Source of the DNA: Azolla caroliniana
Taxonomy: Eukaryota > Plantae > Polypodiophyta
NCBI GenBank assembly: GCA_043228905.1
Contig: JBHGNT010000016.1
Coordinates: 7,874,001 to 7,938,000 of the forward strand
Length of the DNA: 64,000 nt
Direction: 5' to 3'
Below, piece after piece: positions 47,333 to 59,645 of the stretch (positions are counted from its first letter, which is position 1; the number at the start of each line of letters is the position of its first letter). Below the pieces are notes generated by a model. It worked only from the letters and a program-made list of their open reading frames with translations. It did no database searches and was not told the origin of the DNA. Made by a program: the position numbers and the translations under genes.

Positions 47333-50300
47333 TATTATGGAGCACTGGAAAGAGAGAGAAAGAATTCTAGACAAGAGGTACTTAGTTCAATAAGAAGAAA
47401 GGAGCATTTACTATATTAAAGAGAAGATATTACATCGGGGGTATCCCCTTAATTTCCCAAAAACCAGCCCCCCTTCTCTATGCACACAACTTCCTTAAAT
47501 ACCCATGGACTCATTTACTTCACCACCAATTTCTCTAACTACTTGACCATTAATTCCTCTAGTTACTTGACCACTAATTTCTCTAGTTGATCCCTCCTCT
47601 AATTTCTCTACTTCTAACTACTCCATAACATAACACTCTCCCATGAGGTGCAGAGTTTCACCCTCAAAACTAAAACACTAGTACAATAACATGACTTGCT
47701 AAGTCCATAAGTAAATGAAAGGAATGAAGGACAATGGCAAAGGTGGTCTTACCATACTAATATAGTAGGCAATGTCTAAAACCTTGCCATTGTAGCACTA
47801 ATTAGAGCTAGGGTACCTGAACAAGAATGAGGGATCCAAACGAAACAAACTTTCTTCAGAGATCCATGTGGCTTCCGAAAGTGGTCGCCCTTTCCACTTG
47901 ATCAAAAATTTCGTGTTTCCATTGTGCACTTGTTTTAAGATTGCTTCAGGTTTTTCAGCTTCCTCACTTAGATTAGTCTTCTGACTCCAATGTTTATCTG
48001 CATGAAATCTTTTAAGCAAACTTACATGAAATGTATCATGCACTTTGACAGAAATAGGTAATTTGAGCTTGTAAGTGACTCCATTAAAACTTTGTAGCAC
48101 TTCATATGGCCCATAATAACGATGGTTAAATTTAGGTGAGAGTCCTCCAGGTAAAGGCCAATGAACGGCACTAACGAGGACCAAGTCGCCTTTGAAAAAT
48201 TCGATGTGTTGCCGTTTTTTGTTAGCTGTCTGAACCATTCGTTCCTTTGATTCTTGTAATCCTTGTTGTGCAACCCGCATTGTTGCTTGCCAATCTGCTA
48301 GAAAAAGATCGACATCAGGCTCTTTAATTTTATCTCGAACAGCATGAGAGACCAAAGCCAATGGAGTAAGAACTTGCTTCCCTGTAGCTACTTCAAAAGG
48401 AGAAAAACCAGTGGCAGAATGTTTAGAGGAGTTATAACAAAATTCCAGCATATCGATATGATCCGTCCAATCTTTTTGATCCGCCTGCACATAACAACGA
48501 ATGTAGTCTTCAAGACTCTGATTTACCCTTTCAGTTTGGCCATCAGTTTGGGGATGAGCCGTCGAAGACATTCGAAGTTGTGTGTCCAGCAATTTGAATA
48601 GTTCTTGCCAAAATCGACTAGTAAAACACGGATCCCTATCTGATACGATAGCCGCAGGCATGCCATGATATTTAAAGATATGTTTGAAGAACAATTTGGC
48701 TACTTGGAGAGCTGTGAGGGGTGGTTTAGTTGGTACAAAGTGAGCTTGTTTAGAGAAATAGTCGATGACCACCATGATCGCATTATAACCTCTTGACATG
48801 GGCAAGTCCACTATGAAATCCATACTCACCACATCCCATGGTTGAGCGGGTATTGGCATGGGTTGTAGCAATCCAAATGGTCGTCCACGCCGAGCTTTGA
48901 CTTGTTGGCATGTCACACAGGATTGGATGTAGTCTTTTACATCCAACTCCATATGTGGCTACAAAAAATATTGCCAGATATTGGTGAGTGTCCGATGAAT
49001 ACCACCATGCCCTGCCATCTTACAATCATGTGCTTCTTGCAAAATTAGTGCCTTAATTTCCTTTATATTAGGTACAAACCACTTACCATGTACCATTAAT
49101 AGACCTTGTTGCATTTTAAGTGACCCATGGGCCGCACGTTGCATTTCCATATCGGAAATCAATTGTTGCGTGTAAGGATCATGTTATTGAGCTGTTCAAA
49201 TGTCTTGTAGTAAAGAAGAATTAGAGATTACCGAAATGGTACAAGCACGAGGCATTCGACTTAAAACATCTGGCATAGTATTAAGAGCACCACTTTTATG
49301 GTTGATGCAGAAATCAAATTCTGCCAAAAAATCTTGCCAACGAGCTGGTTTAGGGGACAACTTCAGTTGGGACTGAAAATACTGCAAGGATATGTTATCA
49401 GTGAATACTTTAGTAAACTTATCTTGGACATAATGACGCCATTTGCGTAAGGCATAGACGATGGCAAGCATTTCTTTTTCATGAGTAGGCCACCTAACTT
49501 CAATACATGAAAATTTCTTGGATTCATAAGCAACTGGATGTCCATCCTGTATCAACACAGCACCATAAGCCACATAAGAAGCATTTGTATGGATTTCAAA
49601 TGGTTTAGTAAAATCTGGTAACTTAAGCACTGGTTGGGAACACACTGCTTCTTTGAGTTTTTCGAAAGCATCTTGTTCTAGTGTTGTCCATTTAAAACTT
49701 GTTTTAGCTTTAGTTAGGTTAGTTAGGGGGGTTGCAATCGCACTAAAATGCTTGATGAATTTACACACATATTGCACGAAACCTACAAATTGTTGGAATT
49801 CTATGGTTTTAGTCGGGATTGGCTATCTTCGAACAACATCCACCTTGCTTGTATCCATGCGAAGGCCATGTTTCCCTACCCGGAAACCTAAGAAGTTAAT
49901 ATCTTGTACTGCAAACTCACATTTTTTGGGGTTAGCATACAATTTGTTTTCTCGCAGTATATGTAACACCTTCTTAACATGTAACACGTGCTCATCCAAT
50001 GTTTTGCTATAGATGAGCAAATCATCTATGTATACGATGACAAACTCATCAAGGAAAGCACGAAATAGATCATTGCCCAAGTGGCTAAATGTTCCTAGTG
50101 CACCAGTGAGCCCAAAACTCATAACCAGCCATTCATAACTGCCATACCTTGTCCAAAAAGCTGTTTTCTCAATGTCACCTTCAACAACTCGGATTTGGTG
50201 GTATCCCGACCTCAAGTTGATGCGAGTAAAAAATTATGCCCTTGCCAATTGATCTAGTAAATCGTCAATGACTGGCAATGGATATTTACCTTTGATAGTT

Positions 50301-53006
50301 ATCTTGTTGAGTGCTCAATAGTCCATACACATTCACATTGTTCCATCCTTTTTTGCAACAAATATAATGGGTGCCCCGTATGGCGAATTGCTCGGGCAGA
50401 TGAAACCAGATGTCTCCAGCTTGGCCAATGCTTCTTTAATTCTGCTACTTGAGTTGCATTCAACTTGTATGGAGCTTTAGCTGGTGGTGTGCTTCCCGGT
50501 AGTATGTTGATTTTGTGATCAATGGCTCTTTTAGGGGGTAGTCCAGGAGGTAACCTGGCTGTTAGCACATCATTAAATTTAGTTATTAGGTGTTGAATTA
50601 TTGGATTACTTTTGTGTCCTTCCAATGTTGTATTTGCTTGATGGTGGACAATGGTTGTACATAAAAATAATTGCCCTCCTTTTTTAAGTGAATGATTAGC
50701 CACTTTGGCGCTACATAATGCTAAAGGAGGACTGGATTGCTTACTTGATTGCACTTGCTTATTTGTGGAGCGATGAAGACTTACCACCACCCCATTGTGT
50801 CCATCCAAATTGTCCAATAATACTTTGTCTATTCTCCTTCCGAAATGTGCGATAAGATACTTATCTGCCCAATCCAATCCTAATATGACATCAAATCCTG
50901 TCATTGGAACTACTAGAAAATTTACCTTTCCTTTCCATGTTTCCGCTTCCATAGGAATATCCAACGCCAGGGATCCAATATTGGTTGAGCCTTGCACAAA
51001 GCTTATGGATATGTCCCTTAATGGCATAGGTTTCAATCCGAATTTAGTGATGCACTCGGGAGTGATAAAGTTATGCGTTGCTCCACTATCAACCATAGCA
51101 TTGCAAGCATGACCATTGATCTTGGTTGCCAAGTACAAATGATCAATGTGAGAGACACCCACAACAAAACAAAGGGGGTTTACCTTTGTTGCTCCTGCCG
51201 TGACCTCCATTAACCCATCCTCCACCTCATCAAGAATGTTGAGAGGTTCATAGTTGTTGTTGTCCAATCCCTCCTCAAGATCCCTAACATTGGCTTGGGC
51301 CACCACGACTTTTGGTGATTTCCTTCGGGGACATTCATATGCTAAGTGTGGACTGTCACATTCAAAACAACCCCTTCGAAGGTTTGGGAGCCTTTCCCCA
51401 TTTGATGAGGATGCCATGCTTTTTCGTGCTCCATTACTACCCCCCCAATTATCTTGGGACATAGCAAGTGATCTGTTGAAGACTCTTTGCCCTTGACTAC
51501 TAAAATCGCGTCTCATAGGGAAGTTGACGGACGATTTCATAGCTCGAAATGGCTGTTGAAGCTCTTCAAAATCACCAATTCGTTCAGCTAGTTGAACCGC
51601 CATCTCCAAATTCATCGGTTGTTGCTTTTCAATCTCCATCCTGATTTTGGATCTTAAACCAAACAAAAAACCATGAATTTTAGTCACTTCATGAAAATGC
51701 GGGAGTTGAAGCATGAGTTGTCTATACTTGTCGACATAAGTCGACAAACTCCCCTCTCCTTGCCTTAATTTCCTCCATGCATCCATCAAACGAGTTGTTT
51801 CATTTGGTGGGATAAAATATTGCCGCATTCGAGTTGTGAAGGCTTGCCATCCCATGAACTGGTATGTGTTCTCTCCGACCAGATACCAATTTAAGGCCGT
51901 CCCTTCTAAAAAGTTTGTTGCAGATATGGTCCACTGGTCTTGAGATATACCACTTTGCCGAAGAAAGTGTTCTACCTCATGAACCCACCTATTCAAGGCT
52001 AGTGATTTTCGTTCGCCTCAATACGTCCGAGGTTTGATTGGTGTGAACCTTCCGCCTCCCCCTTCTATGCCCGTATTTGCATTTTTGAGAAGGAGATCCA
52101 CTAAAATTTCTAATTGATCCTTTGGTGGGGCTTGGTTGTGGCCAACATCCGTCTCCACGAGTCTTCTAGTTGTCTCTTCTCGTGACTCTTGCCCTTCTAC
52201 TTCCAACGCTTCATGGAGAGATCCAAATTCGATCCCTGCTGCTTCTTCCAAATCATGTGAGGTTTGCCCTCTTGGTTGTTCCATTTGATCAATACTATGC
52301 TCTAATATTTCTCTTGATTCAAATTCATCCACAATTTCCATATTTCCCCTTCGTCGAAGAGGGCATGGTTCCCTACCCATTCTCCTTCTATTATTCAACA
52401 TATTCTCAGAAATTTCTTACCTGAGGGTATGGTCGGTCAAGTAGGTATGTTGTCGGTCGACACTTCTTATTCGATTAGCCGTATTTCTTGTGGCTATGAT
52501 AGGATGTTCAACTCAGCTGTTGCAGACAAAAAAAATAGAAATACTAATAATTTCAGCCACCAATGTAGCCTCCACTCGATTTCTAACCACCACTTCCACT
52601 CTTGGCTGCCACAATTCGAGTTGTTGTTTGCTTCTCTCTTGGTTGCTAGATCTTTCCACGCATCTACACCTTCTCGGTGATATGCAGAACCTGCTCTGAT
52701 ACCAAGTATTACGGAGCACTGGAAAGAGAGAGAAAGAATTCTAGACAAGAGGTACTTAGTTCAATAAGAAGAAAGGAGCATTTACTATATTAAAGAGAAG
52801 ATATTACATTGGGGGTATCCCCCTAATTTCCCAAAAACCAGCCCCCCTTCTCTATGCACACAACTTCCTTAAATACCCCTAGACTCAACTACTTCACCAC
52901 CAATTTCTCTAACTACTTGACCATTAATTCCTCTAGTTACTTGACCACTAATTTCTCTAGTTGATCCCGCCTCTAATTTCTCTACTTTTTACTCCATAAC
53001 ATAACA
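47333..53006 (-). mobile_element. Chromoviral Ty3/Gypsy element with tRNA-iMet PBS (decayed), inserted in the T1 5' LTR
   Basis: ~300-bp LTRs 47333-47635 and 52707-53006, TSD gatat/aatat, PBS tggtatcagagc. Gag (LEGTALNW, CFECDSPHLAYEC), MVDSGA, YIDD, RNase H, integrase and C-terminal chromodomain (FLIKWKG..ATW) in broken ORFs 47798-52401. Confidence 0.93.
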
Positions 53007-53365
53007 AATATTATATTATGAGAAAACAAGGTTACAAAGAGTAGGCTAAGGGCTAAAAACTGGTGTTGAACCGAATGAGTTGTGATGAATGTATAGGCAC
53101 CTATTTATAGATCCTTATGGAGTATTCTAGAATGTTCTAGAATATTTTAGATATCTAAGATAATAAATATAATCATGAAATATTCAAGAATGTTCTAGAA
53201 TAATCTAGAATGTTCTAGAATATTCCAAATATCTTGTACTAACTAAAAATACAATTATTATAACTACACATCATATATGCTATTACAATGGTTAAAGGTT
53301 CAACACACAGACCAAGAAGTTGTGGGTTCGACTCTTGATAAGCCAAAATGTATGTCTTTATGACA

Positions 53366-56300
53366 ACTGGCTCCAACTACTCAGTTTGGAAGTCGCGGAT
53401 GAGAGACATGCTCACGTGCAAAGATCTATGGTTGCCAATGCAGTATGACAAAGAAAAACCAGGCAAGATCGATGCATCAACTTGGGAAGTCAACTACATA
53501 CACAAGGTGTTTTATAGACACAAATCTATACAACAACTTCAATGAAGAGACAGAAGCATGTATTTAGGAAGATAGTGAGATTGAGATATCGGGATGGCTC
53601 AAGCATGGCTGAGCACCTGAACGCCTTCCAAGGAGTCATAAATCATACCACTTCTCTAGAAGTACCTCTCGCCAACGTGGTATTGGCCTTGTTGTTGTTG
53701 GGATCCCTTCCGGACAGCTTGGAGATGCTCATGGTGACCTTGGGTAACGTGGGACCACAAGAGAAGTAATTGTCTCTGGAGATGGTGAAGTCGAGCTTGC
53801 TGAATGAAGAAGCTCGTCGGATGGAGGGATAGTCCATCTCCGATCATAAAACCCTAGTCACAGAAGGTGACTCCAATAGAGGAAGGGGTAGGTAGAGAAG
53901 TCTGCAAAATAGGGACAAGTCTAGACCAAGGTCGAAGTCGAAGGGAAGGCTCACGTGCTTCTAGTATGGGAAGTTGGGACACTTCCAAAAGAATTATCGG
54001 CATTACTAGAAGGAAAAAGGGGGGGGAGTTGATGGTGTTGAGCCGAAAAAGATTTGGGACAACAAGACCACCTTAGCCATCGTCGCGAGTGAGGAGGAGC
54101 TATTGTTCATTAGTGAATAGAACGAAGTAAACCTTGTTGGTGAAGAATTGACATGGGTGGTCGATTCTAGTGCGACATTTCACCTGATCCCCAACAAAGA
54201 ATGCTTCTCATCCTACACGGCCAGAGATTATGGCTACGTGAGGATGGGAAATGATGGTGCATGCAAGATCATCAGAATCAGAAATGTATGTTTGCTAACC
54301 TAAACAGGCTATAGGATGATGCTGAAATACGTGTGCCATGTTCCGGATATCAGATTGAATCTGATATCGGCCGGATGGCTCAATAATGAGGTTATAGTAG
54401 TAACTTCCAAAGTGGCATGTGGAATTTCTGCAAAGGAAGCTTGATAGTGGCTCGAGCTTACAAGAAAAATACATTATATGTGATGCATGCATGGTTGTGC
54501 CAGAACAAGGTAAATGTGGCAGCCAACACAGCTGGCAAGCTATGGCATAAGAGGCTATGCCACACGAGTTAACAGGGCATGTAGATGGTAGTAAAAAGAG
54601 AACTCCTATCAGAGGTGAAGAATGTGCATCTGGACAAATGTGTCGACTGCTTGGCTGACAAACAAAATAGGGCCGCCTTTCGCCCTAGGCCTCCGATGAG
54701 GAGGAAGAATCCTCTAGAACTCGTGCATAGAGATGTATGCTATGTTGATGCGAAGTCATATGTTCAATGCACAATATTTTGTGACATTCATATATGACTA
54801 TAACTTAAAGTTGTGGGCCTCTGTGCTGAAGACAAAGGACCAAGTGTTATCCGTCTTCAAAGAGTTCCATGCAAGAGCGGAAAGGGAATCCAGACGAAAG
54901 TTGAAGGCGGTCCTTATAGACAATGGAGGGGAGTACAAAGGGCAATTTGAAGAATACTACCAATCTCAAGGTATCCGGCAGGAATATACAGTGCCGAAGA
55001 CTCTAGAACTAAATGGTATGGCCGAAAGGATGAACCGGATCGTAATGGAAAGGTTCCGATATATGTTGGTGCATGCTAAGTTGCCGAAAACCTTTTGAGC
55101 TGAGGCATTGATGATGACGATGTTCATAATAAACATGTGTCCCTCAGTTCCCTTAGGTGGTGATAGCCCACAAAGTGTGTGGACGGGCAAGGATGTGTCA
55201 TACAGGCATCTGAGGGTGTTTGGTTGCCTATCATATGTGCATGTTGCCAAGGACCAGAGAGGAAAATTGGATCCTAAAAGCCGGCCATGTATTTTCTTGG
55301 GGTACGGAGAAGATGAATTCGGCTATCGGCTGTGTGACCTGATTGACAAGAAGGTCATCAAGAGCCGGGACATAGTCTTCATGGAAGAAAAGACTATTGC
55401 CGATTGGGAGACGGAGAAGTTGGGATCATCCTCCCAACTAACCGGAAGAGAACAATCGCATGAGATACACGCCCAACCGGCCGAAACCCGGATGTCAACT
55501 GAAGAACAAAGCGGGCAGGTCGGATCCGGACAGGGAGCTGGATCGCCGGAAGGCATTCGAAGGCCGGATCCAGACAAGGAGCCACATCGGCCGGAAGCCA
55601 GATCTGAACAGGGATCCGAATCAGATTTGGATGAGGAGCCGGCAAAAGAGAATGATGCAGAGCCGACTGATGAGAACCAAGGTAGGAGATACCCCTTGAG
55701 AAACAAAAGGGGGGCCCGTAGTTTTTCGGAAAAAGAATATGTTCTCTTAACTGATGAGGGGGAGCCGAAAAGCTTCAAGGAAGCTAGGAGAGATGCCCAC
55801 AACAAAGAATGGTTACATGCCATGCAAGATGAGATGGATTCCTTGCATGAGAACTACACGTATGAATTGACTGAGTTGCAGCAAGGTAAGACAGCACTCG
55901 GGAATAAGTGGGTCTACAAATTGAAGCCGAGAGAAGGCAAGAATCCACCCAAATTCAAATCCCACATTGTGGTAAAGGGCTTCTAGCATAAAAAGGGTGT
56001 AGATTTCGACGAAATATTTGTCCCGGTAGTGAAAATGGCATCCATATGGACGGTGTTGAGCATTGCAGCCAACATGGACTTAGAAGTCGAACAACTGGAT
56101 GTCAAAACAATTTTCCTGCATGGAGTTTTGGAGGAAGAAATCTATATGCAGCAGCTGGAAGGATTTGTAGGGAATGGTAACGAAAACCTGGTATGTCGGT
56201 TGAGGAAGCACCTGTATGGGCTGACGCAAGGCCCCGACAATGGTACCAGAAATTCGAATCCTTCATGATAGATCATAGCTTCAACAAGGCACATGCCGAC

Positions 56301-57330
56301 TACTGCGTTTTTCTAAAGAAAATGACTAAGGAAACTTCCTTGTCCTCCTGTTGTATGTTGACGACATGTTGATTGTTGGACAAGACCTGAAGAAGATTGC
56401 AAGCTTGAAAAAGGCCTTGAGCAAGTCATTTTCAATGAAGGATATGGGTTCGACGAAGCAGATTTTGGGGATGCACATTGTCCAAGACTGAACGAAGAAG
56501 TTTTTGTGGCTGTCACAAGAGAAAATGTGACAAAGGTGTTCTAGAGATTCAACATGTAGAATCCGAAGCCAGTCAGCTTGACATTGCCAACAAACTGTAA
56601 GCTGAGCGGAAATCAATGTCCGAAGATGAAGGTGAAGAAAGCTGAGATGAACAAGATCCCCTATGCCTCATCAATCGAAAGCCTGATGTATGCAATGGTG
56701 TGCACAAGGCCAGACATTGCCTATGTTGCCAGAGTGGTCAGCCGATTCATGAGCAATCCCGACAAGGAACATTGGGCCGTGGTCAAGTGGATACTTTGAT
56801 ACCTGAGAGGCACCTCAAGTGTATGCCTCAGATACGGCTCAATTAACCCTGTGCTGGAAGGGTTCATGGACTTCGACATGTCAGATGATGAAGACACCAA
56901 CTAGTCCACGTTTGGATACGTGATGACTTATGCAGGGGGAACCATCTCTTGGCAGTCGAGGTTGCAAAAGGTTGTGGCTCTATCGACCACACGTGCTGAG
57001 TATATGGCTGTTGTCGAAGGCAACAAGGAAATCATATGGATGAGAGACTTCATTGGTGAGTTAGGAATAAGTTAGGAACAATTCTGATTGCACTATGACA
57101 ATCAAAGTACCATCCACCTTGCTAAGAGTGCCGCCTACCATGCGAGAACTAAGCATGTCCAATGGAGATACCATCGGCTTAGAGAGAGGGTAGAAGAAGG
57201 GGATTTCACCCTGGTAAAGATCCATACAAACGACAATGGATTGGACATGTTGACCAAGGTGTTGCCTACATACAAGATGAATGCATGCCAACATCGAGTA
57301 GGTATGTTGAATTACCCCATCCCAGAGTGA
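53366..57330 (+). pseudogene. Copia D gag-pol, degenerate
   Basis: WVVDS, DNGGEY, AERMNR, KLDPKSRPCIFLGY, LYVDDMLI, CTRPDIAY and HARTKH motifs, with stops and frameshifts. Confidence 0.9.
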
Positions 57331-57780
57331 AGGGGAAGTTTCTTGGGATAATTGGTCCCTCCAAATGGGATGAGTTGGAGAGTCGGATCACTTGAGAGCC
57401 GAAAGCCGATTAGAGGCTACATTTGTAAATAGCCCATATCGTGTATGAGTATAAATACATCTAGGGCAATCATTATGTGATGTGATATACAGAGTTGTTG
57501 TGATAGTGTATTGAGAGTGAGCTCACAGAGAGAGTGCGGGTAATCGTCTGTAAGATAAAGATGAGCTCAAGGTTGTTGCCTTGAGTCTCTTGTATACCTC
57601 TTTATATAGTTATTTTGTTTGGAGTTTGTGGGCTCCCGTGGTTTTTCCCATTCAAGGTTTCCACGTTAATATCTTGTGTCTATGTGTCTATCCATTTTCT
57701 GTTTTCAATTGTTTCGGTTATTGTCTTTCTCATTGTCGTCTGGGACCAGTTGTGGTCGGTCTCATATTCTCAACACTTTG

Positions 57781-57859
57781 TTTGGAATTACTTTGTATGT
57801 TGTACCTGATATGCCTTTTTAAAAACTAATGGAATGATATTTTGTTTTGAAAAAAAAAA
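57781..57859 (+). pseudogene. SAC retrocopy, right part with poly(A) tail
   Basis: Removing Copia D restores ATG TTT GTT TGG AAT TAC TTT (MFVWNYF). A10 tail at 57850-57859 runs into the second TSD copy aactagtagtaggatga (57858-57874). Confidence 0.75.
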
Positions 57860-58640
57860 CTAGTAGTAGGATGATAAATGTGGGTGACTTTTTGCACATT
57901 GATGGAGTTTGCTTCAATAAGTTGGTTCATTGTTCTATTAGATATACTCACTTATTTGCCAACATAGGATGTCAATCCTCATTGGATGATGCTTGAACAT
58001 TTAGAAATCTTGAAAAATCCTCTTGCAACAAAAAGATCATTAGGCATTGCAAGTTGTATTATCAAAATCTTAGTCCATACGTTGTCGTGATGTGGTGTGC
58101 TCATGGGAAGAAATTACTCAAGCATGGCGAGAAGGTCACATGCCAAGAGGAGGCACAAGATAACAAAAAGATATACCTCAAGAAATTACTCTTGAAACAA
58201 AATGGGCAAGGGGGAGGCAATATGAGTGAATGGAGATGCTCATCAACATTTTGCTCTCTCTAGGCTCCCTAGGAGGATAAGTATTTTCTCTAGCTTGAGA
58301 AAATACACGAATGTGCTCATGTGAGTACACAACAAAAAATGTACACTTTCTTGTTTGAGCTTGGAAGCACTTATGCTTTTCTTGCGTGAATTTGGAGACA
58401 AGGTTCGACAAAGTGTTCCAATGCACAAGACATTGGATACAAACCCACAACCTACACTCTTGTCACATGCTCATAAGGCCCACAAATTGGATCAAGAAGC
58501 TCGTTGTCGTGATGTGGTGTGCCGAGTGTGGGAAAAACGCATAAACAAGGGCAAAAGAGTGCAGTGGAAGTGCAGGCAAAAAGCTAGAGAAAGGAGGGAG
58601 GTAGGTGCCAAGGAGGAGAAAATGTGTGAGTGAGAGAGAG

Positions 58641-58816
58641 CCTAGATGGATGTAGCTCAGTTGGTAAGGTTGCCCAATGGATACCAGGTGGTCATGGGTT
58701 CAACCCCTACATTCCACAATGGCATCTAGTGAATTAAGAGATATCTATATGGAGTATAGAGGTGAGTAAAAGAAATTGGATTTTGAACCCAAGAGTGTAA
58801 CAACTTACCAATAGCG
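58641..58816. other. tRNA-derived (SINE-like) sequence: A/B boxes on plus (58653-58706) facing a shorter degenerate copy on minus (58778-58815)
   Basis: TAGCTCAGTTGGTA...GGGTTCAACCCC; minus strand TATTGGTAAG...GGGTTCAAAATCC; no good anticodon arm. Confidence 0.55.
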
Positions 58817-58999
58817 AAAGCTAATTATGATAGAGAGAGAGAGAGAGACAGAATATGCAAACGTGGGGAAGAGAGAGATAAAATTTAAATGCAATAAAAT
58901 ATTAAAATGTGACCTCCTCTCCCCTTGTTTCCTATAAAAAGGAGGAGGGGCTCATTTTGGCTTCTTCACCATTTTTGGGGAGAAAACTCTTGTTCTTCC

Positions 59000-59645
59000 T
59001 TAGCTCTTACCTTTTCATCCCCTCTTCGTCGTTCAATGCTCTTCTTCTTTGCGTTAGTGTGTTCGTGCTCGCTTTCTTCATCGTGTGGTGCTCATCTTCT
59101 TTGTGTTGGTGTTGGTGTTGGTGTTCACGTGCTTGTGTTCTCATGTGCTTGTGTGCTTGCGAGTTTGTGGTGCTCGTGCTTGTGCTCGTCTTCTTCGTCA
59201 TTCCATGCTCAAGTGTTGGCGTGTACGTGAGTTCATGGTTGTGGTCGTGATTTGTCGTTTGCAATCGTCGGTGTGCCCGTGTGCTAGGTGTTCCTTGGTC
59301 GCGGTGTTTATGTGTTCATTCGACTATCGTTCACGAGTCGGTGTGTTCGTGATGCTCATGTTTGTCGAGTTCATAGTGTTCAGGGTTTGCCATCCGTGTG
59401 GTTGTGCTCACCGAATTCGTCATTTGGTGTTCATGTTCGCGTGCCCGTGTGCATGCGAGTTCACGATGCTCGTCTTCTTGGTGTTCGAGTGCTCGTGCTC
59501 ATCTTTTTTATCATTTTGCGCTCGTGGGTTGGCGTCATCATGTTGGTGTGCTTGCATTCGGTGGTTGCGATTGTTGCGTGACACCATCTTTTTTCTGTAC
59601 TACAAACTCCTCCATTTTCGATAACCATCACTCGTGCTTGAGCTC
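59000..59645. repeat. Low-complexity degenerate GTGTTC/GTGCTC-rich tract downstream of a TATA-like cctataaaaagg (58931)
   Basis: Directly visible; produces spurious Cys/Val-rich ORFs; probably the leader or LTR of an unassigned repeat. Confidence 0.55.

Larger units (their letters stand above)
22612..53365 (-). mobile_element. Tcn1-like chromoviral Gypsy element T1 (decayed, internally deleted; 5' LTR split by nested insertions)
   Basis: TGTC...GACA ends, TSD actag/actgg. 3' LTR 22612-23127; 5' LTR in pieces 27685-27751, 47288-47332 and 53007-53365. Gag ~26640-27600, RT pieces ~25815-26400, integrase end and chromodomain 23141-23745, all homologous to T2. Confidence 0.88.
22061..57775 (+). 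mobile_element. Ty1/Copia element D (older, decayed), split by a 30.7-kb nest
   Basis: LTRs 22061-22527 and 57341-57775, PBS tggtattagagc (tRNA-iMet) 22531-22542, PPT gaaggggaag, TSD gtttg/ctttg. Gag MFKLT resumes as GSNYSVWKS at 53369, followed by gag-PR-IN-RT-RH with many stops to 57330. Confidence 0.92.

Noticed and set aside
58650-58715. Functional tRNA gene
   Set aside because: A and B boxes are present, but the anticodon, T and acceptor stems do not pair properly; treated as a tRNA-derived repeat.
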